Source: Trypanosoma brucei
Lineage: Eukaryota
Length of the DNA: 64,000 bases
Direction: 5' to 3'
NCBI GenBank assembly: GCA_000002445.1
Contig: CM000208.1
Coordinates: 1,568,001-1,632,000 of the forward strand
A program made the position numbers and the translations under genes. This document shows, piece after piece, positions 12,217-21,995 of this stretch. Within the stretch, counting starts at the first letter, position 1; every line of letters starts with the position of its first letter. Below the pieces are notes generated by a model. It did not search any database. It was not told the DNA's origin and saw only the letters and a list, made by a program, of their open reading frames with translations.

Positions 12217-13428
12217 CTACATGATTACACACGAACCTGTGCATCCCACCTCCCGGCGACGACCAGACAGCTCCCGCTTCTTCTGACGTTCCAACCCACA
12301 CGCGTGCACCTCTCCATCATGTGAAAGGCTACGAAGAAGCGTAGACTGTGTTTCCGTCTGATTTGGGGGACCTTCAGATACACAGTATCCATTTTCATGC
12401 AAAGCTGAAAAAGGTTCTGGCTCGGTCCCTCCAACCAATACAACATCCGAGCACCAGGGAGCACTCCCGTCTTCGCACTCTGTTGGTCCCCGCACGGCAT
12501 CAACGGTATTTCTTCGGGCGGCGGAATTACGTCTTGATGCAACAGCGACACCCACCAAACTGGGAGTTCGCTTTACAACCACAGCACTCGGTGATGTGGT
12601 GCCTCCAACGGCAATATTAGATCGCTCCCCCAATGCTCTTATGGGAGAGCGCATACGGAAGAATGCACTGCCAGGTCGTTCGTCAAACGATGTAAAACAC
12701 GGCGTCAAGGAAGGGGGTGTAGCAAACTCTATCGAGGAGGTCAAGGTTACCGGCGCGGGAAGTCTTCTCTTTGAGAAGTTACTTATCATTAGAATCATGA
12801 TACGCAACGCATGCAATACCTCATTTGTGCGTAACGCGGAAACTTCCACAACAGGAAGTGTAGAAGAAATCGCGTCACGCACCAGTTTGGCAAATCCCTC
12901 AGCCTCCACAACCTTTTTCCTGTTCATGTGCTGCATCTTCAGCGAAAGTGCCGAGAGACATGACCTTGCAACGGCTTCCGCCTCTGGCATAGTGACCACA
13001 CGACTACGACGGTCGTCCCGCTTCGTTCCCACCAGCAGAATGGGCATCGCAGCCTTAACCCCAATATTGTGACGCGCTTCCCTCAACTCTTTTACCCACC
13101 CAACTACAGATGCTAGGGACTCCTTGTCCGTCGTTGAGTAGAAAAGCAGAACACCGTCCGCGCGCGCGAGATAGAGCAACCGGTGGCGCACAAACGCCTC
13201 ACTTCCAGAGGAGTCGCATAGATGCAAAACATAATTCCTGCCGTCCACTGTCGTTCTGTGTATAAACGTCTCCAGGGTCGTCGGCACGTAATCGCTACGG
13301 AATGTCCCTTTCATCACCTGGTCAATGAAGGTGCTCTTACCAACACGTTCACATCCAAGAACGACTACATTATATAACGTCGGAACAGAGGCGTATTTTT
13401 GCGCACTCCCATCACCACGTAGGTTCAT
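12217..13428 (-). CDS. Ras-superfamily small GTPase with long disordered C-terminal extension and CAAX box
   Basis: 403 aa, ATG confirmed. G1 'LGCERVGKST' (P-loop), switch-I Thr in 'YVPTTLETF', G3 'DSSGSE', G4 'GTKRDD'. The C-terminus ends '...GSCVIM', a CaaX prenylation motif (C-V-I-M). About 200 aa of S/T/P/R-rich linker separate the G-domain from the CAAX. Confidence 0.75.
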   Translation of the reverse strand: MNLRGDGSAQKYASVPTLYNVVVLGCERVGKSTFIDQVMKGTFRSDYVPTTLETFIHRTTVDGRNYVLHLCDSSGSEAFVRHRLLYLARADGVLLFYSTTDKESLASVVGWVKELREARHNIGVKAAMPILLVGTKRDDRRSRVVTMPEAEAVARSCLSALSLKMQHMNRKKVVEAEGFAKLVRDAISSTLPVVEVSALRTNEVLHALRIMILMISNFSKRRLPAPVTLTSSIEFATPPSLTPCFTSFDERPGSAFFRMRSPIRALGERSNIAVGGTTSPSAVVVKRTPSLVGVAVASRRNSAARRNTVDAVRGPTECEDGSAPWCSDVVLVGGTEPEPFSALHENGYCVSEGPPNQTETQSTLLRSLSHDGEVHACGLERQKKRELSGRRREVGCTGSCVIM

Positions 13429-13838
13429 CCTAGAGGCTTCAAAAGAGCACAGTGTAACAAGTTCGAGTTAAACGAGGGGGCGGGTTATGACCAACGCCAT
13501 GAGCAGATGGAAAGGGGGTTCGTGCAGACTGAGTAAAATGGAAGAAAGAGGCATTAGACATATAAAGGATAATCCCACGTCAATGACAGAATATCAGGGT
13601 GTGAGGTGGTGATGCCTGAGTGATTCAACACCCCCGCAGGGAAGAGAAATTACGGAATAACACATGTAAAGGCATGCGGACAACAAATCCACCACCATGT
13701 GGCACGCCAACAGTCACATCACAACCTGAGAGTGCATATAAACGAGCAAGCAACACCTCAGTGGATACACACTGTCTTGCAGCGGTTTCGTCGCACGAGC
13801 ACTTATGCCCCAGAGTATACATACGCGGCAAGATATTC

Positions 13839-15584
13839 TCAGAAGAACACACTCCCCATACCCCCCTCAAAATACAGGTGGTTATACTCTCGGTTGTTGT
13901 GACGGAAATTCTTCGCCACGAATGCAAAAAGAGCTTTAGAGGAAACTTCCCCCTGGACCCCATTCCCTTCAGAAGGATACCCGCTCGCAACTGGTAGCAC
14001 AGGGCCTCCTGGCCCTGTGCTACCACGCACCTCCCCTTTGAGGAAATTCAGTGTTGGACACGGCATGTTCTCATCCTGGCGCAAGCAAGCAGCAACGTCC
14101 ACAATGCGTACCCACAACGAATACAAAAGTATCTCCTGGCAATCCTCCCGAGTCACTTGAGCGCCATGTCGCACGACGCCGTATTTCCACACATCATGCA
14201 AAGGATACAGCACATTACGGTAGAACCAGCTTCGATGGCGACTGCGCGCATACAGCGCTACGCGGTACCTCACTGCCTGGTACGCGCGAGTCATTCTGCT
14301 GTAGTACTGCTCGTGCACCTTGGGTCCCTCACTGGGCTTCGGTCTTGCATTCAATGTGGCTTGGTCGAGTCGCTCGAGCGACTCGCTAACCATTCGGAGA
14401 TATAATTGTTTTGCCTCCGACGACGTTAGGGAGGAGGACGGTGCACCGTAAATCAGTTGAAGTTCCGCAACTGACTCCACATATTGCCGCACAAACAATC
14501 CATCGCTTCCGCTTCGCTGGACCACCAATGGGGCTGCAAGAAACAAGGCGAACGAAGCAGCACTACACGTTACTATGAACATGATAACAATGCGGATGCA
14601 ATATGCGAGAAAGAGTCGAAATTCCCTGCGCATCTCAGAGTCTATTCTCCCTACTTCAGTGACGGATACAGTAGAAGAGCTACAATTTGCCACGGCCACC
14701 GGTACGTCAACGGGTGGCCAGCTTGGTGGTGGCTGGTGCCTAGAGCGGAGGTAGCCATTGCGACGTCTGCCATGCGGGTTGCTATTTTCCTTCGGTATGG
14801 GCGAGAGTTCGAGGGGCCCCAGCGTGGACCTCGAGAACGAATTGGATGACGGCGTTGCCTGGCTTGAACGCCCGCTCGTTTTGGGGGAGCCCACCCCCGC
14901 TGCGGGTGCAGTGCTCTTAAGGTACGCAATGGCACTGCGTGTGCTCAGAAAACTAAGATCACTGCGGCTTCCCCCGTGCTTGGGGCGCCTTCCGTCAGAT
15001 GATTGCCGCGTGTGGAAGTGAGACTGCTTACTAGATGTATGTGATGAAAGAGCGCTACTACGTGAAGTCGAATGGGGAACCAGAGTGGTTCCCACTTCCA
15101 ATACCCCGCAAGAACTTCGCACGTCCGGCACACTCCCACGAGTTTGAGGTAGTCCAAAAGAGATGGACTCACGAAGGTGAGAAAACCCATGAACCTCCAA
15201 TTGCTCACTGCAGAGTGACGGCGAGTAATCAATAATGCCCTCTACAGACCGAGCACTTGCAGCTTTGGCTACCTGTGGTGAAACCACCGGCCGCTCCCCG
15301 GCGTCACTCATCGCTAGTGCCCCCTCGGGGTGCTGAACCCCACTACTGGTAGATCCATGATTTGTACCACCACTGCCCAAGCCATCGCCTAATGATGCGC
15401 TCACCGATTGTCTAGAGGTTTTCGGTGTCCGCTCAAAATGAGGCTCCCTCTGTCCTTCTCCATCCTCCTCTTCAAATGCTTCATCTACTGCAGCATTGTG
15501 CAGCTCCAGTCGCCGCCGTGTCGGAGTTCTTAGAGGGGTGCTAGTACCGCTCCTCGACGTTCGTTTGGCCCCACTGTGAGCCAT
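13839..15584 (-). CDS. Hypothetical Ser/Arg/Thr-rich protein with one predicted transmembrane segment
   Basis: 581 aa, ATG confirmed (MAHSGAKRTS...). The N-terminal ~300 aa are low complexity (S/T/R/P). A hydrophobic stretch 'FRLFLAYCIRIVIMFIVTCSAASFALFLAAPLVV' looks like a TM helix. The C-terminal ~200 aa are more ordered. No recognisable family. It sits on the same strand at typical spacing from its neighbours. Confidence 0.5.
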   Translation of the reverse strand: MAHSGAKRTSRSGTSTPLRTPTRRRLELHNAAVDEAFEEEDGEGQREPHFERTPKTSRQSVSASLGDGLGSGGTNHGSTSSGVQHPEGALAMSDAGERPVVSPQVAKAASARSVEGIIDYSPSLCSEQLEVHGFSHLRESISFGLPQTRGSVPDVRSSCGVLEVGTTLVPHSTSRSSALSSHTSSKQSHFHTRQSSDGRRPKHGGSRSDLSFLSTRSAIAYLKSTAPAAGVGSPKTSGRSSQATPSSNSFSRSTLGPLELSPIPKENSNPHGRRRNGYLRSRHQPPPSWPPVDVPVAVANCSSSTVSVTEVGRIDSEMRREFRLFLAYCIRIVIMFIVTCSAASFALFLAAPLVVQRSGSDGLFVRQYVESVAELQLIYGAPSSSLTSSEAKQLYLRMVSESLERLDQATLNARPKPSEGPKVHEQYYSRMTRAYQAVRYRVALYARSRHRSWFYRNVLYPLHDVWKYGVVRHGAQVTREDCQEILLYSLWVRIVDVAACLRQDENMPCPTLNFLKGEVRGSTGPGGPVLPVASGYPSEGNGVQGEVSSKALFAFVAKNFRHNNREYNHLYFEGGMGSVFF

Positions 15585-16548
15585 GGCGCAGAAGAGGTGA
15601 AAGAAGTATTTCTAATATGTCCTTAGACCGCAGACCGGCGGCCTTTCAAACGAATTTAGTGTACACGTGACCGAGGATCGGTCCGGCGTCAGATATTCCA
15701 GGCGTTCAACGAAGCTTCCGTTCCGAGTTCCCCGGTAATCCGCTGCTCACTAGCCCTTCTCCTACCTCCGAAACACCTCCTCTGTTCTAGCAAAGAGGAG
15801 CCGTTTCTCCCACCGACCGAACCCTCCTGTTCTTTTGGGTCGATGCCACTACTAAGCAACTGAGTGCCCGGGCAACGCCTCAGCGTAAGATGATGAGGTG
15901 ACGGCACGCACAAGATCCGGTACGTCTAATCGCCGGCTTGTGACAACGCCTTAATTGAACGGAAAAAAAAAGGGAGGAGAAGTACGTAAGAAAAGAAAGG
16001 GGAAGTGACGTGAAAAGACTATCAATTAGCAAGCGTCAATGGAAGGCATGTATTCGGGGCCAGGTGTGCAGCACACGTGACCAAACGTAGGATGACCGCG
16101 AAACATGTGCCTATTGTGTAGGTAGCGTGCCACGTTTTTGTCCACCTAACAACGAAATCAAAATCACTCACGTTAGCTGATATGGTGCGTAGAAAAACGA
16201 AACTGTGCAACCTCAGGATCAAAAACATAGGCACAACCCAACCTAGAGCCAAGCACATACGCACGTCACACTAGAAAATTACCCTTGGCGTCAGCATGAT
16301 CACCGCTGCTTACGCCCCTGTCAACAGCCTCGGTGCAAGCACCCAGATACTCAACGTGCATGGCACGAAACGGCTTCTGATTATTTATTATTCTACCGTG
16401 GAAGTTTTGCTGTTCTTAATTCCTCCGCTGGTTATCCGTTAAAAAAATTAGCGCCCTCAGCAGGTAAACCACGTCCGTTGTTTGCGTGCACAGGGGACTG
16501 CTGAGAGAGGTGTGAGCGCTTACAACAAGTTAACCCTTCGGGAGAGCC

Positions 16549-18363
16549 CTACCACTCACCACTGATGTTCTCCCGGCGCTTCTTCAGCGTAGTTTCGTTC
16601 AGCCTCCGCCTTTGACTATCCTTGGATTCCATCATCCGGCGGAATTCATGCCGCGACTTCTTACTCATGTGCGCAGCGGACTGCGATAGATCCAACTTCA
16701 GCGGTGGTGGCTCACTTAGGGCGAAGCCTTTGGCGACTGCGGCGAGGTCGAGGTTGTGAATGTCAAAAACGTTTTTTAACTGAGAGCTGCTGTAGCTGAG
16801 CAAATAGCCCTCATACGCGAGGCGTGCGGAGCTGCGCAGGTAGTAGTTGGCACTCACAAGCTGCTCCAGCTGCTCAGCTACATTTCCCTTCACCTTATTA
16901 AGATCAAATGTGTACTCACTCACTGACACATGGGCGTCGTCGTGCAGATACTTGAGAAACAGTTTCTCCTGGGGAAGAAGAAACATAAGAGCATTCCCTG
17001 TGCGACCAGCACGGGCGGTACGGCCAACGCGATGGACGTACTTGACGGGGTCGTCAGGTGGGTCAAATTGAACGATCCAATCAACCTGCGGAATGTCGAG
17101 ACCACGGGCAGCTACATCTGTGGTAAAGAGCACGCCGCTAGGGGCGTTACAAAACTGCATGTACGTGGCCGAGCGCTGGTGTTGTTTTTGTTTTCCGTGA
17201 AAGGCAACGCAAGGAACATCGATGTAGTTAAACAACTCGCAGTGAAAACTAACAGCATTGCGACTGCTGAAGAAAACGATTACTTTCTTCTTCAGATTCC
17301 GCCTGACAAAGTGATACAGTACAAGCAACCGCTGCTGTGAAGGACAAATAACATAACCCTGTTCCAACGTGTCAACGGTTGCCTTGTCCTCCTTACGCTT
17401 CATTGAAATGAACAGGGGTGGTCGGTAGAACGACACGCGAGCCAACTGTTCGACCCTAGTTGTTTGAGTCGCAGAAAACAAGAACGTTTGTCGCTGCCTG
17501 GGCAGTAAAGAAACAATTTCTCGCATATCATCTTCAAATCCGTTGTCAAGCACACGATCCGCCTCATCGACGGCCAAAACGAGTAAATTCTTTGTTAACC
17601 AATCCGTTGTAAGCTTAAGATGATCCAAGAGACGCCCAGGGGTGGCCATCACAACCATCATGCCACTCACAAGTTTAAACGCCTCTTGCTTCCGACTTAT
17701 TCCGCCTATGCAACAGAGGAACGTTACCGATCCGTTAAAGTGTTTGAGCAGCTTCAGCAGCACTCCTTCAATCTGGAGACACAGCTCACGCGTTGGCCCA
17801 ATGATGATTGCAGCCGTTCCGCTTCGCTGACGAAAACCCACGCGCGTGATGATCTCCACTATTGGGATAAGAAAAGCTAAAGTTTTACCAGAGCCTGTCT
17901 TTGCCTCTGCAAGGAGATCTCGACCGGCAAGGGCAGCAGGAATGCATCGTCCCTGAATGCCTGTCAGCTCCTGGAACTTGAAGTCATTCTCCAATGCAGT
18001 TACTATGTGAGGATTTAACTTCAGCGACCTGTAGTCGGAAACAGGGGGATACTTCTCTCGGTCCCTTGAAACTTTAATTGGCGGACCGTTGGTTTCAGGT
18101 TGCTCTAACTTCCCCGGTTCCTCTTCTCGTTGCCTTTTACGACGTCCAGACGTTTCCCCCTCAACATCGGGCATGGATGCCGCCTTTTCTTCATCCACTG
18201 GGTACTCCTGCTGTTCTTCCCCACCTTCTTCACCAACAAAGGTAAGGGTTTCGTCGTCCGCCTCAGTTGCTTGACTTATCCTACGTTTCGGGCGATGGCG
18301 TCGCATGCGCCTCCGTTTCTTCTCCGGTATCTCCTCCGCAGAGCCTACGTCATCCACACCCAT
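16549..18363 (-). CDS. HAS1: DEAD-box ATP-dependent RNA helicase, HAS1/DDX18 orthologue (ribosome biogenesis)
   Basis: The track start at 18420 is TTG; the first ATG is at 18363-18361 (MGVDDVGS...). Motif I 'AKTGSGKTLAFLIP', Ia 'PTRELCLQ', II 'VLAVDEADRVLD', III 'SAT', VI 'HRVGRTARAG'. The stretch 'HGKQKQHQRSATYMQFCNA...TDVAARGLDIPQVDWIVQFDPPDDP' is typical of Has1/DDX18. An acidic/basic N-terminal tail and a DUF4217-like C-terminal region are present. Confidence 0.8.
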   Translation of the reverse strand: MGVDDVGSAEEIPEKKRRRMRRHRPKRRISQATEADDETLTFVGEEGGEEQQEYPVDEEKAASMPDVEGETSGRRKRQREEEPGKLEQPETNGPPIKVSRDREKYPPVSDYRSLKLNPHIVTALENDFKFQELTGIQGRCIPAALAGRDLLAEAKTGSGKTLAFLIPIVEIITRVGFRQRSGTAAIIIGPTRELCLQIEGVLLKLLKHFNGSVTFLCCIGGISRKQEAFKLVSGMMVVMATPGRLLDHLKLTTDWLTKNLLVLAVDEADRVLDNGFEDDMREIVSLLPRQRQTFLFSATQTTRVEQLARVSFYRPPLFISMKRKEDKATVDTLEQGYVICPSQQRLLVLYHFVRRNLKKKVIVFFSSRNAVSFHCELFNYIDVPCVAFHGKQKQHQRSATYMQFCNAPSGVLFTTDVAARGLDIPQVDWIVQFDPPDDPVKYVHRVGRTARAGRTGNALMFLLPQEKLFLKYLHDDAHVSVSEYTFDLNKVKGNVAEQLEQLVSANYYLRSSARLAYEGYLLSYSSSQLKNVFDIHNLDLAAVAKGFALSEPPPLKLDLSQSAAHMSKKSRHEFRRMMESKDSQRRRLNETTLKKRRENISGEW

Positions 18364-19109
18364 AGTGCAACTCTGCTGCCAACTTCCTGCCGTTACAAAC
18401 TTTACACAGAACCCCCGCAAAAGTTCACCTTTTATTTAACTTTGCGTCTCCATCGGTAAGCGCGCAAGGCGGGGCACAAGGATACGCGTAGCAAGTAGAA
18501 AAACAAAAATGGATAAAATAGAGTAGTTAAACGGCGCGTAAAGCTGTAAAACAAAAGCGCAAGCACACATAACAGTAGAAACGATAAGCCTTTTTAACAC
18601 AAGCACTCACCATAATCACCGTGTGGTAAATGTCCGAAGATATAACGCCAGAAGGCAGGGAAAGCAGAGAACGCAGTGCCCCGCTACTTGGATTCATCCG
18701 CTCGACTAGTAAAGGAAGAGGGCCACAACACCACAACACGCCCTCAATAACGTAATGACGCGGAACCTCCAGGTAGCCAAGCGGTATGGCACTCCCGAGT
18801 TCGTTTGACCACCCGATTCCGGGCAATAATGCGCCACCACCACGCGTACACAGCAAGGGGGACAATTGCTGATGCAAGAAACGAAGATAATATAACATAA
18901 TATAATATATATATCGAGCCATAAACTACATTAACCACCATACGTGATGGCATTACCCGCGACAACAGTGGCGCGAGCCATGAGTCAGCCGCATGGTAAA
19001 TGCGGGAGGGTGGTGGGCACTGGAAGAACATTAACCTCTGTCCCCACCCCTTTTTCCGAAACCAGCACGCAGCTTTTAAAAAATATACAAACAAGCTCCG
19101 GCGTAACAA

Positions 19110-19766
19110 CTATGGACTCACAAAACTAATTAACTCTGCGATACTAAGAATTTTCCCACAGCCCTGCTCTTTCTTCACATCTTCACCGCTACTGCTTTGG
19201 TGCACATCCACATACAAACCTAGCCGCATGTCAGATGGCGCACGGCATCCCCTAATAAGTGGCCACGGGGGCTGGGCAGCGTCAAAATCCTTCATGTGGG
19301 AGCGGTCAGATGAGAAATACTCCAGATAATCCCTTCCCGGAACAACACGGAAGCGCTGTCGATACTTGTCGTCCAATTGCATCTCCGGGTGAAAAGACTC
19401 CTCGATGTAACGGAGTCCCTCACATGGGAACGGTAGCGTTGTATCTTGATCAAACGCCCACATGCCGCCCTCGTCACCTGCGCCCACATTAACAAGAGTT
19501 ATCACGTGATAGTCCCACATTAGCGGACACCTCCCGTTCCCTAATCTTTGCTTCCATACCGGTGTGGATTTACAGTCGTTGCTAATGAATACCGCAAAAA
19601 CAGCGTGATCGGGGAGCGAAAAATCTCGATAGAGTGCCTCAACGAGTTTGTATGCGTTCTCTTCACAGTAGTGAGAAGCATAGGGAACGTGTTCACGACG
19701 GAGACAACGCAGCCGTTCTAAAACAGAGAGCGTGGGAAGTGCACGTTCTCGATAAGCATCAGCCAT
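19110..19766 (-). CDS. NTAQ1: Protein N-terminal glutamine amidohydrolase (NTAQ1/WDYHV1 family; N-degron pathway)
   Basis: The track start at 19784 is GTG; the first ATG is at 19766-19764 (MADAYRE...). Family signatures: 'YCEENAYKL' (catalytic Cys), 'VFISN', 'PVWKQ', 'WDYHVI' (catalytic His, family-naming motif), 'TLPFPC', 'RQRFRVV' and 'SSDRSHMKD'. Confidence 0.85.
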   Translation of the reverse strand: MADAYRERALPTLSVLERLRCLRREHVPYASHYCEENAYKLVEALYRDFSLPDHAVFAVFISNDCKSTPVWKQRLGNGRCPLMWDYHVITLVNVGAGDEGGMWAFDQDTTLPFPCEGLRYIEESFHPEMQLDDKYRQRFRVVPGRDYLEYFSSDRSHMKDFDAAQPPWPLIRGCRAPSDMRLGLYVDVHQSSSGEDVKKEQGCGKILSIAELISFVSP

Positions 19767-20148
19767 CAGACACAGTGGATACACCTAAAACAAATGGCTG
19801 CGAACAAAGTAACAAAAAAAAAGTGACCGCCGCAAGAACAAATGGTGAAGACAGATACGAGCAAACTATGTATGTGAGGCGCCCTGACGCTATACAAGTA
19901 GTAAAGAAACAGAATCAGGAACAAAACTAGATGCAGAAATAAGTAGTGCAAGTCAGGGGAAAGCGAGGAGGCAGTTTACCACCCAACGTACGCAAAAGCG
20001 CCATGCGCTAGCACTACAACGTGTCGTTAAAGCACAAATGGGGAAACTTAGACAGCATTAAAATTTTTGATTACTTTCGTCACAACTATGCCTTCAGGCC
20101 GGAGATAAAGATGACTGAAGCTCACAACGAACGACCCTCGCGGGACTT

Positions 20149-21687
20149 TCATGACTTCATCTGCTTCCGCACCTCTCGCCGCTTTGCCCAGAGTGACTTG
20201 TGCTGCTGTTTCTTCGTCATTTGGAAGACAGATTCGTGTTCACGACGGAGACGCAGCGTAGAGAAGTCGGCCGTGCCATGCTTTGCATCGTCGTAACCCA
20301 TATCGTTGTCGCCCCGCTCCCGTTTTGCCCTCCTTGCAGTAGTTAACTGGCGCGCTTCCCTCTCAAATTTCGCCTCCTGGTCGCTCTCTCGCATCTCCTT
20401 CACCGCCTCCTGCTCAGCGTCCTCTACACGCTGCAGTACAGCAGCAACGTCACCATCACTAATGGGCCACTCTTCACACTTCACACCCGTCGACGCTTCC
20501 ACCTTCTGCAGTAACACAATATCATATTGACTGATAATGTTGACAGCCTTTCCCTGTGCCCCAGCACGCGCCGTACGCCCTACGCGGTGGATATAATCTT
20601 CCACTCGGTCCGGCAGCGCAAAGTTGACAACAACATCTGTACGGGGAATATCCAAACCACGTTGCGCAACATCTGTACACACAAGGATGCGCACCCTACC
20701 CTCCTTGAACTTTGTTAAGGCAATGTTACGGTTCTTCTGATCCATGCGACCCATGAGCGGCAATGCCTGGTGGCCTAACACTCGTAATGTCAGCGTGATG
20801 CGATGTACCAACGCGGCACTGCGGCAAAAGACAAGAATGTGGTTCCCGGACTCACGCGTAAGATACAAATGAAGATAAGGAAGCATCTGCGCAAACGGAG
20901 CGAAAACGTAATACTGCTTGAGGGTGTCCACAGTTGTGTTTTTGCGATGAACCTCAAGAAGAACGGGGTCATTAAGCGATGCGTTCTGCAAACGGTCGAT
21001 CTTCGTGCTGAGGGTGGCAGAGAATAGAAGTGTCTGGCGGTTGTGTGGCAGATGTTCCAGAATGGCGTTTATCTCCTTTTCGTAGTCCATTTCTAGCATC
21101 TTATCAGCCTCATCGAGCACAAGTGCGTGAAGCTTGACCAGTTGAAACCCCTTCGTGTTGTTCAGGTGATCTTTTACACGGCCTGGCGTGCCGACAACAA
21201 CGTGCGGCCGCCGGCTCAACTCGCATGCCTGATCAACCATATCCGCCCCACCAACTAAAGTCGCCACACGCAGGCCCACGCTGCTCCCGAGCATAACAAA
21301 CTGTGCCGCAACCTGTTGTGCAAGCTCGCGCGTGGGAACCATCACTAGAATTGAAAGATAAGGAACCTTTGCTTGCGTTAAAAGCCAATTCACGAGGGGC
21401 AGAACGTATGCTCCAGTTTTCCCGCTGCCTGTCTGCGCAACGCCAATGATGTCCCTCCCCTCGGAGACAACAGGAATTGTTGCAACCTGAATTCTCGTCG
21501 GCATGCGCCAGCCCGCTTCTTTGCACGCGCCAATAAGCTCCTCACACAGCCCAAGTGACTTAAACGTCACATCCTTGCTCTCTTCGTTGTCCAGCAACTC
21601 AGAGCCAATGCTTTGGTTAGGCGGTATGGTACGGAGCGACTCCTCCCTTGGCCGCTTCTTTCCTCCCGCCAACTTCTCCTTAACCAT
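20149..21687 (-). CDS. RRP3: DEAD-box ATP-dependent RNA helicase, RRP3/DDX47 orthologue
   Basis: 512 aa, ATG confirmed. Q-motif region 'FKSLGLCEELIGACKEAGWRMPTRIQ', I 'AQTGSGKTGAY', II 'VLDEADKMLEMDYEKEIN', III 'SAT', and 'TDVAQRGLDIPRTDVVVNFALPDRVEDYIHRVGRTARAGAQGKAVNIISQYD', which closely parallels DDX47/Rrp3. The C-terminus is a basic/acidic coiled tail. Confidence 0.8.
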   Translation of the reverse strand: MVKEKLAGGKKRPREESLRTIPPNQSIGSELLDNEESKDVTFKSLGLCEELIGACKEAGWRMPTRIQVATIPVVSEGRDIIGVAQTGSGKTGAYVLPLVNWLLTQAKVPYLSILVMVPTRELAQQVAAQFVMLGSSVGLRVATLVGGADMVDQACELSRRPHVVVGTPGRVKDHLNNTKGFQLVKLHALVLDEADKMLEMDYEKEINAILEHLPHNRQTLLFSATLSTKIDRLQNASLNDPVLLEVHRKNTTVDTLKQYYVFAPFAQMLPYLHLYLTRESGNHILVFCRSAALVHRITLTLRVLGHQALPLMGRMDQKNRNIALTKFKEGRVRILVCTDVAQRGLDIPRTDVVVNFALPDRVEDYIHRVGRTARAGAQGKAVNIISQYDIVLLQKVEASTGVKCEEWPISDGDVAAVLQRVEDAEQEAVKEMRESDQEAKFEREARQLTTARRAKRERGDNDMGYDDAKHGTADFSTLRLRREHESVFQMTKKQQHKSLWAKRREVRKQMKS

Positions 21688-21995
21688 TGCTTGATGTACA
21701 ATGTGCAGATCGTAGAGACTACACAGTCTCCTCCTTATATGAAGTTACACGAAGTCATGAGTAGGGGGAAATATTGTAACGGTGCTGGATTTAGAAGTAT
21801 TTTACGGGTGGAAGTAAGCAAACAAGGATGTGACCAGTATGCTTATCGCCCGCTGCCAAAATGCAAGCACATCACGGTTAACCTCTCAGAATTCACTCAC
21901 ACAAATAACACATACCCCTGTAACAATCAAATATCCACAGCCTCCCATAAGATTGTTTTGCACTCGATAAAGGAAAGGTCCACCCATGTGGCCCC

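Noticed and set aside
18527-19109. Two overlapping small minus-strand ORFs (131 and 121 aa) in the HAS1-NTAQ1 spacer. The second begins directly after the NTAQ1 stop in the same frame.
   Set aside because: The 'start' of the second ORF is TTG, not ATG. Both are hydrophobic low-complexity translations of a (TA)n/T-rich spacer. It is most likely 3'UTR or intergenic. A read-through extension of NTAQ1 is not supported, since it lacks a conserved domain.
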